Position numbers and translations under genes: made by a program. A stretch of 64,000 nt of DNA from Opitutia bacterium (lineage in GTDB: Bacteria; Verrucomicrobiota; Verrucomicrobiia; Opitutales; Opitutaceae): NCBI GenBank assembly GCA_947478395.1, contig CANJVR010000001.1:1-64000 (forward strand), in the 5' to 3' direction. The notes under the pieces were generated by a model. It saw nothing but the letters and a program-made list of their open reading frames with translations, made no database searches and was not told where the DNA came from. This document shows, piece after piece, positions 9,077 to 19,320 of this stretch. Position 1 is the first letter of the stretch, and the number at the start of each line of letters is the position of its first letter.

Positions 9077-11067
9077 CGAAGGCCTCCCTGAAGCGCGACC
9101 ATCGGACCGGACGGCGCGTTGTTTTGGACGGGCTTGATGTCGAGATAGGGAATGAGTTGCTGCGCGAGATGTTTGAACGACGGCGCGGCGACCGCCGCAC
9201 CGTAGGCCACGCCGCCGGGACAACGGGCATCGGCGTCATCGATAATGACCGAGATCGCCACTTGCGGCCGGCTCGCGGGGAGAAAGCCGACGAATGAGAC
9301 CACGTGGTTTTTCTTCGAGTATTCCAGCTTCGTCACGCCGCGGGCATTGGTGACGGGAATTAATTTTTGCGCGGTGCCGGTTTTGCCGGCGACCTGGTAG
9401 TTTTCAATTGCCGCGCCGGGGGCCGTACCTTCTTTCGACGCGACGCCCATCAGCAGATAGGCCATCGTTTGCGCCGTGCTTTCCTTAATGATGCGCTCGC
9501 CCTGCTGGCCAGCGAAGCGAGAGACCACGTCGCCCGAGGCATCGCGGATTTGTTTGATGATCGCGGGTCGGTATAACATGCCCCCGCTCGCGATGGCACT
9601 CATGGCCTGATGCATTTGGAGCGGCGTCGAGGCGACGGATTGGCCCATCGGCATGCGGGTGATCGTCAGGCTGTCCCAATTTTTGACCGCCGGCAGGGTG
9701 CCACCGATCTCGGCGCCCACGGGGAATCCTGTGACCCGGCCAAAGCCAAAGGCTCGGGCGTAGCCCCAAAAGCGTTCGTCGCCGAGCCGCATCGCGAGCT
9801 GCGCCGCGCCGCGATTCGAGGAGTGCGCAATGATTTCTGCCACCGTTAGCGGGTGATCGAAGTGGTGATCTTCGCCCGGAAGTTTTCGCACGAGTATCTT
9901 ATCTGTGTTCGGCGCTCCCTGATACTCGATCGATTCGATCGCGCAGTCGAAGGCCGTCGTGGGCGTGACGAGCCCCTCGTTCAAGGCGCCCGCCGCCGCG
10001 ACAATTTTAAAAACGGACCCAGGCTCGTACTGATCTGCCACGGCGATGTTGCGCATCCGCCCCTGCTCTTCCTTCGAGAGTTTGTTGTACGTGTTGAGGT
10101 CAAACGTCGGGTAGTTCCCCATCGCGAGAATAAACCCGGTGCGAGGATCACTCACGATCACGGTGGCTTTCAGCGGCTGGTATTTTTCAGCGATCGCCGT
10201 GAGTTCGTCCTCCACCATCTGCTGCACCGCTGAATCGATCGAAAGTTGCACGCTGTAGCCGTTCGCGGCGGCGACGGTGCGAGAGCGAAATTGCGCGAGT
10301 TCCTGGCGCTTGCCGTCCTTCTCGGACTCGAGCCAGCCATTCTGGCCGTGGAGATAGAGGTCCGCATAGCGCTCGATTCCGGTGACGGGTTTTTCCTCGC
10401 GGTCAACGTAGCCGATCACGTGCGCTGCACGGGCTTTCTGCGGATAAACGCGGCGATAAATACGCTTTGAAGTGAGCCCCGCTATGCCCAAGGCGTTGAT
10501 TTCGGCGAAAGCCGATTCGGTCACACTTTCGCTCAGCTTAGCGTAGCGGATCAGACGCTGACCGGCGGCATCTAGTTTTTCGTCGAGTTCGGTTTCGGCA
10601 TCGTCCGCTGGCGCAGAAACGGCCGTGTCCGAAGACGGCGCGAAATCAAACACCAGCGCCTGGCCGGGAGCGGGCGCTGGACGGGAGGAAGGTTCCACCG
10701 GCTTGGCCAGAGACGGAGTGAAAAACTTGGTCGTAAACTTTGCGGTTAGTTCCGTCAGCGGAATGCCCAACAGTTCCGCAAGACGCGGCCATTTCTTTTG
10801 ATCGGCTTCGCGAAGGACCTGCGGGTCCACGCCCAGCACAAGGAGCGATCGACTGGTCGCAAGGACCTGGCCGCGAGCATCGAGAATGTCACCCCGACGC
10901 GCCGGAATCTCGACCGTCTTGCTGCGAGCCTGGGCCACCACGCGCAGCAATTCGTCACGATTCAGCACGTGCAGCCAAACAAGACGCGCTCCCAACGCCG
11001 AAAAGCTTAGCAATACCGCGCTCGCGAGCAGAATCTGGCGGGAGTTGGCGGCGAAGTTTTTCGGCAT
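9073..11067 (-). CDS. ftsI: Division transpeptidase PBP3/FtsI
   Basis: N-terminal TM, RRGDILD, EPGSVFK (SxxK), SSN (SxN), KTGT; dcw position. Confidence 0.93.
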   Translation of the reverse strand: MPKNFAANSRQILLASAVLLSFSALGARLVWLHVLNRDELLRVVAQARSKTVEIPARRGDILDARGQVLATSRSLLVLGVDPQVLREADQKKWPRLAELLGIPLTELTAKFTTKFFTPSLAKPVEPSSRPAPAPGQALVFDFAPSSDTAVSAPADDAETELDEKLDAAGQRLIRYAKLSESVTESAFAEINALGIAGLTSKRIYRRVYPQKARAAHVIGYVDREEKPVTGIERYADLYLHGQNGWLESEKDGKRQELAQFRSRTVAAANGYSVQLSIDSAVQQMVEDELTAIAEKYQPLKATVIVSDPRTGFILAMGNYPTFDLNTYNKLSKEEQGRMRNIAVADQYEPGSVFKIVAAAGALNEGLVTPTTAFDCAIESIEYQGAPNTDKILVRKLPGEDHHFDHPLTVAEIIAHSSNRGAAQLAMRLGDERFWGYARAFGFGRVTGFPVGAEIGGTLPAVKNWDSLTITRMPMGQSVASTPLQMHQAMSAIASGGMLYRPAIIKQIRDASGDVVSRFAGQQGERIIKESTAQTMAYLLMGVASKEGTAPGAAIENYQVAGKTGTAQKLIPVTNARGVTKLEYSKKNHVVSFVGFLPASRPQVAISVIIDDADARCPGGVAYGAAVAAPSFKHLAQQLIPYLDIKPVQNNAPSGPMVALQGGLR

Positions 11068-11069
11068 GA

Positions 11070-11525
11070 TTAATCTTTCGCCGCAAAGCGTATTTTAAAC
11101 TTCCCCGAAACGGCCGCCGTGACCGACGGTTGACGTGTGGGACGGACAGGACCGTCGTTAAAATTCACGGACAGCGGTACATCTCCGAAGAGCCCGATAT
11201 TATGCTTCGCGGCCAGACGCAGGCCTGGATCATCGGTGACTCGTACCATCTTCCCTGCGGCGGGCGGCGCGAGGTTCAGACTTAGCTCCTGGTTGCGCTG
11301 CTTAAGCAGCCCTGGATACTGCTGGGTTTCGATCGACGCCATGCCCTCGCGCAGATGCCGGTCGAGTTCCGCGAGACGAGCCTCGAGTACGCGGCTAGCG
11401 TTGGCCGTGACGGAAATCTGGTGGCGCATCCACACGGTGCCCAAGCCGATGGTGCCGCTAAAGCAGATCGTGAACAGCGTGCAAAGCAGCAGCTGGTTGA
11501 CGAAGGCGTGATTGGTAGAGCGCAT
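11070..11525 (-). CDS. FtsL-like bitopic coiled-coil cell division protein
   Basis: Single TM then a leucine-rich coiled coil; sits between rsmH and ftsI where ftsL normally lies; sequence divergent. Confidence 0.65.
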   Translation of the reverse strand: MRSTNHAFVNQLLLCTLFTICFSGTIGLGTVWMRHQISVTANASRVLEARLAELDRHLREGMASIETQQYPGLLKQRNQELSLNLAPPAAGKMVRVTDDPGLRLAAKHNIGLFGDVPLSVNFNDGPVRPTRQPSVTAAVSGKFKIRFAAKD

Positions 11526-11538
11526 GGATCGCGGGAGG

Positions 11539-12459
11539 TTAAAGTTTACGCAGGGCGCGGAGTTTCGCGGACCTGCTGCGGGGATTGATGGCCAGTTCGG
11601 TTTCGCCGGGCGTGACCGGCCGGCGCGTGAGCGGCTCGGCGAACTTTGTCCGAAAGTCCTGCGGCGTGGCGTCGTCCGCGCTTTCGGGCTGACCACACTG
11701 GCGGCGGAAGAACTGCTTTACGGGGCGGTCTTCCAAGGAATGAAAACTGATCGCGACCAACACGCCACCGGGCGCCAGCCGAGCGAACGCAGCCGGCAGA
11801 GCCCGCTCGATGGCCCCGATTTCGTCGTTCACGGCAATGCGAATGCCTTGGAAGGCCCGTGTGGCCGGATGAATTCTTGACGCGTGCCGATCACGCGCGG
11901 GAATGGCGTCGGCGATAACAGTGGCCAACGTCGTGGTGCGGGTCAGTGCACCCGTGCCCCGAGCGGCAAGGAGGGCCCGCACCACGCGGCGCCAATTCTG
12001 CTCCTCGCCATAGTCGCGCACCGCGCGGACCAACATCTCCTCGGTGGCCGTTTCGAGCCACCGGCTGGCCGGCACGCCACTGCGCGGATCCATGCGCATG
12101 TCCGCCGGCGCATCGTGACGGAAAGAAAAGCCCCGCTCAATCTCGTCGAGTTGAAATGACGAAACGCCAAAATCGAAAAGAATGCCATCGAAGCCGTCCG
12201 ATTCCAGGTCCGCCAAGCGACCGAAGTCTTGGTCAACGAGTTGAAATTTTTCGCCGAACTCAGCGCGCAACGGTTCAGCTCGCGCCGCGGCCGAAGGATC
12301 GCGATCAAGCGCGACGACGCTCACGCCCGGAGCGGCAACCAACAATGCTCGGGTGTGACCGCCACCGCCAAAGGTGCAGTCAAGAAAACGCGCACCCGCG
12401 CGCGGCGCGAGAAACTCAAGCACCTCAGCCAACAAAACGGGCTGGTGGCCGGGTGTCAT
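11539..12459 (-). CDS. rsmH: 16S rRNA m4C1402 methyltransferase RsmH (MraW)
   Basis: [54 protein letters not shown]. Confidence 0.97.
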   Translation of the reverse strand: MTPGHQPVLLAEVLEFLAPRAGARFLDCTFGGGGHTRALLVAAPGVSVVALDRDPSAAARAEPLRAEFGEKFQLVDQDFGRLADLESDGFDGILFDFGVSSFQLDEIERGFSFRHDAPADMRMDPRSGVPASRWLETATEEMLVRAVRDYGEEQNWRRVVRALLAARGTGALTRTTTLATVIADAIPARDRHASRIHPATRAFQGIRIAVNDEIGAIERALPAAFARLAPGGVLVAISFHSLEDRPVKQFFRRQCGQPESADDATPQDFRTKFAEPLTRRPVTPGETELAINPRSRSAKLRALRKL

Positions 12460-12475
12460 TTTCGCGGATCGAAAC

Positions 12476-12721
12476 TCAACGACCTCCGGGGGCATCGAAG
12501 AAGGGCCGCGAACGCCGGGCCTTGCCGGAATCCACCGAACGCAGAACAAGGCTGTCGCGAACCCGCGGCGTGACGGACGCGCGCACCAAAACGAGCGCCG
12601 GAAACGGGATTGCGCCAACCGAATCGATCCATGCCGGGAAAGCCCGGCGACCGACCAATATTGCAGCAGTCGTCTTGCGCAGGGCCAGCCGGGACGTGGT
12701 GATTTTGGCGATGCGTTGCAT
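12476..12721 (-). CDS. Possible small basic protein (81 aa) filling the mraZ-rsmH gap; alternative frame 12456-12728
   Basis: ATG 3 bp after the mraZ stop; ORF fills a 265-bp gap in an otherwise tight operon; no recognisable domain. Confidence 0.35.
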   Translation of the reverse strand: MQRIAKITTSRLALRKTTAAILVGRRAFPAWIDSVGAIPFPALVLVRASVTPRVRDSLVLRSVDSGKARRSRPFFDAPGGR

Positions 12722-12724
12722 GGA

Positions 12725-13177
12725 TCAAATTCCAATGCGGCGCATGAGATCGCCGAAATTTTCCCCCGACGTACGCGCCTCAACTTTTTGCCAGCGCGCG
12801 GGAGCGTAGAGATTAAACTTCGTCAACGACCCGACGAGGACGGCGTCCTTCGCGATGCCGGCGTGAGCGAGCAACTCGGCGCTGAGGCCGACGCGGCCCG
12901 CTTTATCGAAGGAGAACGTCTGGGTTTGCGCGAAGAAACGCGCGGCGAAATCCTGCCCCGAACCATCGCTCAGCGCCATGGTCGCGACCTTGGCGTGCAG
13001 CTTTTCCACCTCTGCCGGCGGCAAAACCGCGACGTATCCGTCGGGATGAGGCGTGGCGAGAAACGTATCCGACTCTTCGTGGGCATAGCGCCACGCCGAG
13101 GGAATCGTGAGTCGATTCTTCTCGTCGAGGTTGTGCCTGAACAGGCCCGTATAAAAAGCTTTGCCGGATAACGCCAT
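12725..13177 (-). CDS. mraZ: Transcriptional regulator MraZ
   Basis: Two SpoVT-AbrB repeats ([10 protein letters not shown] and FDKAGRVGL); first gene of dcw. Confidence 0.95.
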   Translation of the reverse strand: MALSGKAFYTGLFRHNLDEKNRLTIPSAWRYAHEESDTFLATPHPDGYVAVLPPAEVEKLHAKVATMALSDGSGQDFAARFFAQTQTFSFDKAGRVGLSAELLAHAGIAKDAVLVGSLTKFNLYAPARWQKVEARTSGENFGDLMRRIGI

Positions 13178-13199
13178 TTGGGTCGGAGGCCGCGATTTG

Positions 13200-13235
13200 C
13201 CCCACAACGCCCCATTTCAACCCATTTTACTCCAC
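13200..13235 (-). promoter_or_regulatory. MraZ operator (dcw boxes): four TGG(G/A) direct repeats at exact 10-bp period
   Basis: Minus strand reads GTGGAG-taaa-ATGGGT-tgaa-ATGGGG-cgtt-GTGGGG, about 25-60 bp upstream of mraZ; a TTGACG -35-like hexamer lies at 13239-13244. Confidence 0.85.
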
Positions 13236-13426
13236 AGCCGTCAAGCCAAGACCCGTAAAAATCCCGGGAAATTATTCACAATTTCGACGGAGCGGAGCGC
13301 GGCGGACGCGAAGTGCGGCCGCAAAGAAGGACTCAACCGACGGCCACGCCCGAGAGCGCGCGCGGCGAGTCGACCGATTCACGCGGCAGGAAGCCCCTGC
13401 GGAAACTAACCAGAACGGCCGCGACG

Positions 13427-13978
13427 CTAAACCGCGCCCGCGGACAATCGCCGCTTAACTGCGATCGCGAGGTGCTCGACGGCCCCTTCCAGTCGCGTGC
13501 GCAATTCGTCGTGCAACCAAAGTTCTCCGGCCGGGGAAACCTTAACCTGGTCATCCACCGCGTAGACGCCTTGCAAAAGATCCGTCGCACCCAACACCGA
13601 GAGCACTGGTTTCAGCGCGTAGTCGATCGCGAGGAGGTGGGCGTTTGAGCCGCCCGATGCGATCGGCAGCACGGTTTTTCCACGCAGTGCGAGCTGAGGC
13701 AGAATATCGAGGAAAGTTTTGAGCGTACCAGTGTACGCGGCTTTGTAGATCGGCGTGATCACCACTAAACCCGCTGCCGACGCAATCATGGCTTTGGCCG
13801 CGTCGAAGGCCGGGCTGTCATAGCGCGCAAAAATCAAATCTTCCGCCGGAAAATCGCGCACACTGATCAGGCTGCTTGCCACGCCGCGCTGCGCGAGAAG
13901 GGCCCCCACTTCTTTCAAGATCGCCGTGGAGCGAGAGGTGGCGGCCGGACTGCCTGAAACAAGAACGATGGCGGGCAT
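13427..13978 (-). CDS. ssuE: NADPH-dependent FMN reductase, SsuE-like
   Basis: SGSP...SRS, TPIYKAAYTGTLKTFLD, HLLAIDYALKPVL. Confidence 0.85.
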   Translation of the reverse strand: MPAIVLVSGSPAATSRSTAILKEVGALLAQRGVASSLISVRDFPAEDLIFARYDSPAFDAAKAMIASAAGLVVITPIYKAAYTGTLKTFLDILPQLALRGKTVLPIASGGSNAHLLAIDYALKPVLSVLGATDLLQGVYAVDDQVKVSPAGELWLHDELRTRLEGAVEHLAIAVKRRLSAGAV

Positions 13979-14094
13979 GCACGATCTCAGAAACTTTCCG
14001 GCCCTGACGTCAACCGCCCGCACCACGGCGAAAGATACCTCGGCTTTTGGCTGTCACAGGACCCACCGCGCTCATTAACGTGAAAATCCGTCGC

Positions 14095-14385
14095 ATGCTC
14101 TCACCTCACAACGTCCAACTCATCGGCCAGGAAGTCGCCATCGTCTGGAGCGACGGCGTCGAATCATACTTCGATCCGGAGAAATTGCGGGCGGCGTCAC
14201 CGAGTGCGGAAACGCAGGGCGAGCGTGATGTGCTCGGCAATCAATATGGCGGAGCCGGTCCCCGAAAATTTCCCGGCGTGCACGTGCTCGGCTGGGCGCA
14301 GATCGGAAACTATGCGCTGCGCTTCGAGTTCAGCGATGGTCACCGCACCGGACTTTACAGCTACGATTATTTGCGGACGCTGTGA
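14095..14385 (+). CDS. DUF971 / gamma-butyrobetaine hydroxylase N-terminal-like small protein
   Basis: IVWSDG, LRAASPSAE, IGNYALRFEFSDGHRTGLYSYDYL. Confidence 0.88.
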   Translation: MLSPHNVQLIGQEVAIVWSDGVESYFDPEKLRAASPSAETQGERDVLGNQYGGAGPRKFPGVHVLGWAQIGNYALRFEFSDGHRTGLYSYDYLRTL

Positions 14386-14397
14386 CCCTAACTTCCC

Positions 14398-14871
14398 ATG
14401 AGTGCCTACGTTTTCCCCTCCCGCACCACGACCGCTGAGATCGAACTCGGCACACTGCTGCAACCGAAGTTCGGGCCCGATGGGCTAATTCCCTGCATCA
14501 CGCAGGACGTCCACTCAGGCGAGGTTTTGATGTTTGCTTTTATGAACGCCGAATCGCTCGCGCACACCCTCACGACGAAAAAAGCCACGTACTGGAGCCG
14601 TTCCCGCAGCAAACTCTGGGTCAAGGGCGAGGAATCGGGCAACGTCCAGCACGTCCGCGAACTCCGCACCGATTGCGATCAGGATGTTCTGCTGCTCAAG
14701 GTCGAACAAGCGGGCGCAGCCAACGCCTCGTGTCACAACGGCTACAAATCCTGTTTCTACCGGCGTCTCGTGCCCGATGCCGCCGTCGCCGATCCAGCGT
14801 CGCTGAAACTTGAATTCACGGCCCAGCCACTTTTCGACCCCGCGACCGTTTACAAAAGCAAAAAGACCTGA
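14398..14871 (+). CDS. hisI: Phosphoribosyl-AMP cyclohydrolase
   Basis: [38 protein letters not shown]. Confidence 0.95.
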   Translation: MSAYVFPSRTTTAEIELGTLLQPKFGPDGLIPCITQDVHSGEVLMFAFMNAESLAHTLTTKKATYWSRSRSKLWVKGEESGNVQHVRELRTDCDQDVLLLKVEQAGAANASCHNGYKSCFYRRLVPDAAVADPASLKLEFTAQPLFDPATVYKSKKT

Positions 14872-14902
14872 CGGACCGTCCGTCGCTGTTCTTCGTATAT
14901 AA

Positions 14903-16027
14903 ATGCATCTCCCCGCCTCGCGGGCCGTCGCTAAGTCCGTGAAATCATCGCTTTTATCGTCTTTCCTTTTTTTCACGGCCGCCTCCGTCGCATGGGCTGG
15001 GACGTCCGCGCCCGCGACCAAACCGGGCTCCGACGACGGGGAAAAGCGGGGCAGCTTTATTTTTTCGCTTCTGCCCAAGTCGATCGCCCGAAATCCCCGG
15101 ATCGATCTGAACATCATCACGGAGATGACGGCGGAAGGCCGCAAGCGCCCGAAAGTTTCGCCGGATCATCCGGCCTACTACGTGGCCCAACCAGGCGGTT
15201 TCGTGCAACTCGGTCAGTCACCCGCCGGCAACGAGCGGCCCCCACCAGTCGCCGATCTCGAAGGCGTCATGCGTCGAGCCCTGGCGTCCGCCGGCTTTCT
15301 CAACGAGGAACAGCCGGCGCACCCCGCAACGATCGCGGTCGTGTACAACTGGGGCTCACACACGAGTCCCACTGAAGACGACATGACGGTTTTGAATGAA
15401 CTCGCCGCTACGCAAGCCGCCCTCGATGCAGGCACCAGCCCGCCGCCGCCCGCCATGGGCACCGCGGCCTTTGCCGAGGATCAACTGCCCCGCGCGCTCT
15501 CCGATCTCGCCGTACGCAAGGACGTAATCGAGCGCGCTTCCATCGTGGGCGGAGGTAAGTTCGCCACCGAGCTCAGCCAGATCCTCGCCGAAGAAGCCCG
15601 CTACGAAAGCGCCAAGCCCGGTGCCGGCATAGGCGGAGACTATGCTCCGACCAGCGATCGCGCATCGCCCTTCGGACAGTATTATAACCGCGACGACCGC
15701 ACCGCGCATCTCGTCGAGGAGACGTTCAGCAGTTTCTATTTCGTCATCGCGACCGCCTACGATTACGCCGCCTTGGCCAAGAAGCAGAAAGTGGTGCTCT
15801 GGCGCACAAAGATGACCGTGAACTCGCTCGGCGTCGCGATGAAGGAAACGCTGCCGTCGCTCGTGGTGGCAGCCGGCCAATACCTCGGCCGGGACATGCC
15901 GGTCGCGGAAACCTTGAGTCGTCGAATTCTTCGCGGCGGCAAAGTCGAGATTGGCGAAGCCACCGTGGTAAAGGAGAGCGTCGACGGACCTGGCGCGCCG
16001 GCGGCAGACCAAACGAAGAAGCCGTAA
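14903..16027 (+). CDS. Hypothetical exported protein (start may be GTG 14939)
   Basis: Long ORF with host-like codon use; signal-peptide-like segment LLSSFLFFTAASVAWA; no domain recognised. Confidence 0.75.
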   Translation: MHLPASRAVAKSVKSSLLSSFLFFTAASVAWAGTSAPATKPGSDDGEKRGSFIFSLLPKSIARNPRIDLNIITEMTAEGRKRPKVSPDHPAYYVAQPGGFVQLGQSPAGNERPPPVADLEGVMRRALASAGFLNEEQPAHPATIAVVYNWGSHTSPTEDDMTVLNELAATQAALDAGTSPPPPAMGTAAFAEDQLPRALSDLAVRKDVIERASIVGGGKFATELSQILAEEARYESAKPGAGIGGDYAPTSDRASPFGQYYNRDDRTAHLVEETFSSFYFVIATAYDYAALAKKQKVVLWRTKMTVNSLGVAMKETLPSLVVAAGQYLGRDMPVAETLSRRILRGGKVEIGEATVVKESVDGPGAPAADQTKKP

Positions 16028-16031
16028 TCGT

Positions 16032-16191
16032 AGCGCGGTACTTTGGAGCGGCAGGACCAAAAGCGGAGCCGCTCACGACGTAGCGGCAGGCGTCCCTGCC
16101 TGCCCGAAACGAGGACCCCGAATCCGGCCGGCAGGGACACCCGCCGCTCCACCATACGGCGGGCCGGGGCCGGAAAGCCTTAAGCCGATCT
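16032..16191 (-). mobile_element. MITE-like TIR element carrying an inverted REP pair, copy 1 (with small insertions)
   Basis: Contains GTAGCGGCAGGCGTCCCTGCCTGCC at 16080-16104 and an inverted variant at 16126-16150; flanks align with the copies at 19964, 53730, 56900 and 63087. Confidence 0.65.
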
Positions 16192-16247
16192 TGCCCGGGT
16201 TTTAAGCCCGAGACGGTTACACCCGGAACACGGGCTGAAGTCGCGCG

Positions 16248-17039
16248 CTACTGAATTCCACCAGCGACGATCCCGCGTTCGCTCTTGCCGGCGAATGCGA
16301 TCACACGCGCGAATTCGGCGCTCGCGGACTCAGGATGAGCGGAAAGTTTTTCGATCGCCTGCGTGCGATTAAGTCCGTCGCGATAAAGCACGCGAAAAAT
16401 CTGCTTCACCCGCTCCAGCTGTTGCGCGCTGTGGCCGTTGCGTTCCAAACCGACTTTATTGAATGCGCGCACCACGGCCGGCGAACCGTCGGCGATGAAA
16501 AAGGGCGGCAGGTCCTGCACAAGTTTCGCCGTCGCGGAAAGCATCGCGTAGGCACCGATACGACAAAACTGGTGCACGCCGCCGTAGCCGCCGATGACGA
16601 CATGGTCCTCGATCGTCACATGACCCGCGAGCATGGTGCCGTTACTCATGATGCAGTGATCGCCCACCACGCAGTCGTGCGCGATGTGGCTGTACGCGAG
16701 AATCGTATTGCCGGAGCCGATAACGGTGAACTCGCCGTCGTAGGTCGCCGCGTGAATGGTCACGTACTCGCGAAACACATTGCGATCACCCACGCGCAAT
16801 CCGGGGGCGCCGCCCTTAAATTTCAAATCCTGGGTTTTGCCGCCGATGCAGGCGTACGGAAAAATCTCGCAGCCCGCCCCCAGCGTCGTCCGGCCCTCAA
16901 CACTCGCGTGATGATGCAGCTTGGTGCCGTCGCCCAGCTGCACGCCGGGTCCGACATAAACGTAGGCGCCCAGTTCGACGTCGGCGCCGAGTTGGGCGCC
17001 GGGTTCAACAATCGCAGTCGCGTGAATGCGCGTCGGCAT
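16248..17039 (-). CDS. lpxA: UDP-GlcNAc O-acyltransferase LpxA
   Basis: IHATAIVE, hexapeptide repeats, QDLKF, REYVTIH, HIAHDC, LAGHV, VHQFCRIG. Confidence 0.96.
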   Translation of the reverse strand: MPTRIHATAIVEPGAQLGADVELGAYVYVGPGVQLGDGTKLHHHASVEGRTTLGAGCEIFPYACIGGKTQDLKFKGGAPGLRVGDRNVFREYVTIHAATYDGEFTVIGSGNTILAYSHIAHDCVVGDHCIMSNGTMLAGHVTIEDHVVIGGYGGVHQFCRIGAYAMLSATAKLVQDLPPFFIADGSPAVVRAFNKVGLERNGHSAQQLERVKQIFRVLYRDGLNRTQAIEKLSAHPESASAEFARVIAFAGKSERGIVAGGIQ

Positions 17040-17042
17040 TGC

Positions 17043-18374
17043 TCAGTTTTCCAGTTCGCTGTTGTCGACGATGGCGAACATCAGCTCGCCTGATGAAACG
17101 ACCTGGCCGTCGACGGTGCAGGTCACCTCGGCGGTGGCCAGTTTGATGCCGCGAATCTTGGTCAGCTTCGCGTTGACGATGAGTTGATCGCCCGGCCGCA
17201 CCGGCTTGCGAAACTTGATTTTGTCCGCGCTCATCAACAGCGAGGTCCGCCCTTCGCTGGAGCCGCGTCGCAGCATAAGAATGCCGCCGGCCTGCGCCAT
17301 CGCCTCGATTTGCAGCACACCGGGCATGACGGGATTGCCCACGAAATGACCCTGGAAATACGGCTCGTTGATACTGACGTTCTTGATCGCGACCAACGCG
17401 TCGTCGCCGATGAATTCAACGACGCGATCGAGCATCAGAAACGGATAGCGGTGCGGCAACGTGTCGAGGATGCGGCGGATATCGAGTTCGGTCTCGTGGG
17501 GCATGACCATCGAGGGCCGCGGCTTTTTCTTCGGAACCTTTTTTCGTTCCTCGAGTTTCGCCGTGAGGGCCTTGGTCAGATCGGCGTTGATGGCGTGGCC
17601 GGGCCGCGTGGCAATGATGTGCGCCTTGAGCGGCATCCCGAGCAGCGTGAGGTCGCCGATGATATCGAGGATTTTGTGGCGGACGAATTCGTCCTTAAAC
17701 CGCAGACCTTCCTTGGAAATAATCTTGTCGCCGCGAATCACCACCGCGCAGTCCAGCGAGCCACCTTTGATTTTACCCAGCTTCAACAGCTCCTCGATGT
17801 CCTCGTAGATCGTGAACGTCCGCGCCGCCGCGATCTGCGTCATGTAGACGTCCGGATCAATCGTGAGTGAAAGATGCTGCGTATGGATGCCGCGATCATC
17901 GGCCGAGGTGCAGGAAATCTTCAGCTCATCGCAGGGCAGCGCGATGATCGACGACTGGCCTTTTGTCACCGAGATCGGCGAATCGAGCGTGAAATATTCG
18001 CGTTCGGCATCCTGCTCGACCGGCTCGCCCTGCATGATCAGATCGACGAATGGCTTGGCCGAGCCGTCGAGGATCGGGGGCTCAGACGCGGTCATTTCCA
18101 CGATGACATTGTCGATGCCGCAGCCGCTCAAGGCACTGAGGACGTGTTCGACGGTGTGGATCTTCGCGTGGCCCACTTGAATTGTCGTCGCGCGGACCAA
18201 GTCGGTGATGTGGGCGGCCCGCGGGCGGATTTCGGGCGCGCCACTCAGATCCATGCGCTTGAACAAGTAGCCGTGGTTCACGGGCGCGGGCTTCAAGGTC
18301 AGCGTGACCGCTTCACCGGTGTGTAACGCATTGCCTTGAATGGAGACGGTGCGAGCCAGCGTGCGTTGTTTCAT
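17043..18374 (-). CDS. lpxC-fabZ: Bifunctional LpxC deacetylase / FabZ dehydratase fusion
   Basis: [35 protein letters not shown] (LpxC), then [27 protein letters not shown] (FabZ). Confidence 0.95.
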   Translation of the reverse strand: MKQRTLARTVSIQGNALHTGEAVTLTLKPAPVNHGYLFKRMDLSGAPEIRPRAAHITDLVRATTIQVGHAKIHTVEHVLSALSGCGIDNVIVEMTASEPPILDGSAKPFVDLIMQGEPVEQDAEREYFTLDSPISVTKGQSSIIALPCDELKISCTSADDRGIHTQHLSLTIDPDVYMTQIAAARTFTIYEDIEELLKLGKIKGGSLDCAVVIRGDKIISKEGLRFKDEFVRHKILDIIGDLTLLGMPLKAHIIATRPGHAINADLTKALTAKLEERKKVPKKKPRPSMVMPHETELDIRRILDTLPHRYPFLMLDRVVEFIGDDALVAIKNVSINEPYFQGHFVGNPVMPGVLQIEAMAQAGGILMLRRGSSEGRTSLLMSADKIKFRKPVRPGDQLIVNAKLTKIRGIKLATAEVTCTVDGQVVSSGELMFAIVDNSELEN

Positions 18375-18513
18375 CGAGTTAATCGCGGCAGTGTCGTCAA
18401 CGCCCGCCGCCGAGCGCAAGCGCGGAGATGCCGACCTTGACAGAGGGAAACGCGGCACGTTACTCCTCCACCCTACACCACTCGAAACCCTCCCTCCGAA
18501 ACAAACCCACGTC

Positions 18514-19071
18514 ATGCCCGCCGCCAACGATATCCGCAGAGGCCAAGTCATTAAATTCAACGGCGAGCCTCACCTCGTGATGGAAACGCAGCATCGCACG
18601 CCGGGTAACTTGCGCGCTTTCGTGCAAATCAAGATGCGGAATCTCCGTTACGGTAAAGCCCTCGACCAACGTTTCGCCTCCACCGACACGATCGATGTGC
18701 TGCCCACTGAGAAAAAGTCCCTCGAGTTCAGCTACGCCGACCGCGAGAATTTTGCCTTCATCGACCCCGATACTTTTGATCAGGTCGAGCTGAGCGCGCA
18801 GTTAATCGGCGAGAGTAAACATTACCTCACGGCCGGCGGTAAAGTGGACGTGCTCTTCGTGGACGAAAAACCGCTGACGGTTGAACTCCCATCGACCGTG
18901 GCGCTGAAAGTCATCGATAGTTCGGAAGGCATCAAGGGCGACACCGCCAGCAATGTCCAAAAACCGGCCACGCTCGAGACCGGCCTCGTCGTACAGGTTC
19001 CTCTCTTCATCAAGGAAGGCGAAATCATCAAGGTCAGCACCGCGGACGGCTCCTATCTCGGCCGCCAGTAG
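18514..19071 (+). CDS. efp: Elongation factor P
   Basis: [45 protein letters not shown]. Confidence 0.96.
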   Translation: MPAANDIRRGQVIKFNGEPHLVMETQHRTPGNLRAFVQIKMRNLRYGKALDQRFASTDTIDVLPTEKKSLEFSYADRENFAFIDPDTFDQVELSAQLIGESKHYLTAGGKVDVLFVDEKPLTVELPSTVALKVIDSSEGIKGDTASNVQKPATLETGLVVQVPLFIKEGEIIKVSTADGSYLGRQ

Positions 19072-19320
19072 TCGGGTGGATCGACCGGATCGACTGTAGG
19101 CAGGGGTGCCCCACCCCCAATCGACTTCGCAAACTTTCTCGCGGAAAACCGAAGTGCGGGCATCCCCGCATGCATTGTCCGGAAGCAGACGCAAAGAGTC
19201 GCGGCACTCCCCGATTTAGCGGGCGCGAACAATCCCTTTCAAAACCCTGTCCCTAGCGCCCCACGCGCCAACGGGCGGTTCAACGGCGGCGTCCCGCCGG
19301 CACCATCCTCCCACCCTGAC

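Noticed and set aside
17043..18374. LpxC-FabZ fusion as a novelty
   Set aside because: A known fusion in Bacteroidota, Chlorobi and Verrucomicrobiota
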